DNA of 64,000 nucleotides, taken from assembly GCA_973895155.1 (NCBI GenBank), contig OZ316893.1, forward strand, positions 11,599,660 through 11,663,659, read 5' to 3'. Numbering within the stretch: the stretch's first letter is position 1; each line of letters begins with the position of its first letter. The stretch comes from Marsupella aquatica (lineage: Eukaryota; Plantae; Marchantiophyta). A program made the position numbers and the translations under genes. The notes under the pieces are model-generated. The model ran no database searches, was not told where the DNA came from, and was given only the letters and a program-made list of their open reading frames with translations. Of the stretch, positions 62,427 to 64,000 are shown piece after piece.

Positions 62427-64000
62427 ATGGTAGCAGCACTGAGGAGAGGGGTCATGCTGCTCACCTCTGCCTCTCCGACGTCCACTTCTTCTCTCTCCTT
62501 TTCATATCTGTTTCGTCGTCATTCTTCCTGTCAGCAGCAGCTACAGCGGCATCCCGTTGGGCCTGCCGCTGAAAGGAGGGATGTTGTTTCCTCTAGTGCC
62601 ACTCAGCAATCGTCTTTGTGGCCCATTTTCGGCGTCATCAAAAGATGGGTAGTCACTTCGAGGCGAACTTTTCATCAGCGAGGAAAGGGTTTAGCAGGGT
62701 TTGACGAGGGTTTTAGGCCAGAGTGCATGAGAGCTGCAGAGCAGAGGCTCTGGTGGAAGAGAACACCAGTTTTTGGATTGTTATTGGATCCGCCCAGTTG
62801 GAGGGAGAGGAATCAGAGACCGCCGCAGAGAAATCAGCGCGAGAGTGTTGGCAGTGGGCATGGCCACATCTGGGAAGCAGAAAGAGGAAGAGGAGGAGAA
62901 CTATTTTCGAGAGCTCTGTCGAATTCAACAGGTGAAGCAGCAATTGCTGCTACTCATAATCGTGGTGACGGATCAAATAAGGTCGAGACAAGAGAGGGGG
63001 AGAATGGAGACCAGCGAGGGCCTGGGATCAATCAGGGCTTCGAGATTTCGAAAGGTTCTGCTTCTAACTCGTCGTTTGTCCAGCCAGTAGCAAATAGTGG
63101 AAGTTCACAGGTAAAGGAGAGGCCTGCTGCCCCTCCTCTTAAGCCCAGAGCAAATTACTATGACAGAGTTGCGCAAGCTAGCGGAGAAGGAGGAGATGGG
63201 AGAAGCTCGGGAGAAAGTGGGGGACGCTTATCTAAATCCAAACCAAATGACCATGAGAAACTTACACAATTTAAGGGAGGACAAGATGGGAGGAGCTCCA
63301 AACCGAGTAGGAGACCTCCTTTCAAGCCCAAGGCAAATTATCATGACAAACTTGCCGAGTCCAGGAGTGGAGGACAAAAGGGTAGCCCTCGGGCTAGTGG
63401 GGGACAGCTTCCTTTCAAACCTAGAGCAAATTACTACGATACCATGGGGAGCCCTTCATTCAGTAAGCGTAAGACAGCGGACTCCAACAATGTGGGACAG
63501 CCTGCTCGAGAAGGTAGAAACAACCGCCCCACCAAGTTTTCTAGAGATCAGAATGCGGAGAACACTCAGTCGAGCAATGCCAGTAATGGAGATGGCCCAC
63601 ATTATGGGTATAAATTCAGAGAGGGGAGATCAGAACTGGGCCACTTTCGTAGAACAGGACGTCCTCAAAATAGGGGTTCTGGAGGTGGGGATAGCCATGG
63701 AACGACAATTCCAGTCCGAGCAAGTAGATCTCTCGGACGGCAAACCTTTCCTGATAGCAGCAGTGGACAGAACCTCTTAAACTCCAAGGAAATTTCTCCC
63801 GAGGAGGGGAAGGAGGAGGTTGTAAGGAAGCATCTTCCACGCCGTCTCGAAGGAGAGAAGAAGTGGCAGTATGCCGTGAGGAAAAAGCAGCTGGGGCTTG
63901 CAGGCCATACCCGGGGTTCCAAAAGGAAAGTTGCCCCCCAGTGGGTTGATGATGAAAATCTCGGCAATGAACCACAAGGAGACGACTGGAGGCAGAAGAA
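62427..64000 (+). CDS. Long ORF open to the window end (>520 codons), N-terminus resembles an organellar transit peptide; product unknown
   Basis: Stop-free frame from 62346 to 64000, absent from the ORF track because it has no stop. Begins MVAALRRGVMLLTSASPTSTSSLSFSYLFRRHSS; G/S/R-rich disordered body with repeated PFKPRANYYD-like motifs. Confidence 0.7.
   Translation, partial: MVAALRRGVMLLTSASPTSTSSLSFSYLFRRHSSCQQQLQRHPVGPAAERRDVVSSSATQQSSLWPIFGVIKRWVVTSRRTFHQRGKGLAGFDEGFRPECMRAAEQRLWWKRTPVFGLLLDPPSWRERNQRPPQRNQRESVGSGHGHIWEAERGRGGELFSRALSNSTGEAAIAATHNRGDGSNKVETREGENGDQRGPGINQGFEISKGSASNSSFVQPVANSGSSQVKERPAAPPLKPRANYYDRVAQASGEGGDGRSSGESGGRLSKSKPNDHEKLTQFKGGQDGRSSKPSRRPPFKPKANYHDKLAESRSGGQKGSPRASGGQLPFKPRANYYDTMGSPSFSKRKTADSNNVGQPAREGRNNRPTKFSRDQNAENTQSSNASNGDGPHYGYKFREGRSELGHFRRTGRPQNRGSGGGDSHGTTIPVRASRSLGRQTFPDSSSGQNLLNSKEISPEEGKEEVVRKHLPRRLEGEKKWQYAVRKKQLGLAGHTRGSKRKVAPQWVDDENLGNEPQGDDWRQK

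Noticed and set aside
63160-63780. 206 aa ORF as a separate gene
   Set aside because: Frame-shifted shadow of the longer ORF from 62427; no recognisable motif.

Overview
Eukaryotic land-plant nuclear DNA with spliceosomal GT-AG introns; a bryophyte such as a liverwort is my inference, not proven. Host genes built by hand from splice sites: the 5' part of a SEC3-like exocyst gene (-), GDPD4-like phosphodiesterase (+), proteasome RPN9 (+), a DOG1-domain gene (-), intronless RBX1 (+), and a >520-codon ORF running off the right edge that the ORF track missed. There are also F-box and cytochrome P450 pseudogenes. The 26-47 kb centre is a nest of transposons: a full-length decayed Ty1/copia element; two ~4-4.6 kb TG...CA solo-LTR-like units that each carry a long, distantly related protein-coding frame; and, most notably, a decayed intron-containing Kolobok-type DNA transposon with a DDE transposase (SAP domain inside the core) and a convergent KolX-like gene. 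I know Kolobok mainly from animals, fungi and protists. Smaller elements include SINEs, two non-autonomous Helitrons, nested MITEs and a Pack-MULE-like element that may donate exons to an orphan gene. All family assignments come from motif recognition by eye; no searches were run.
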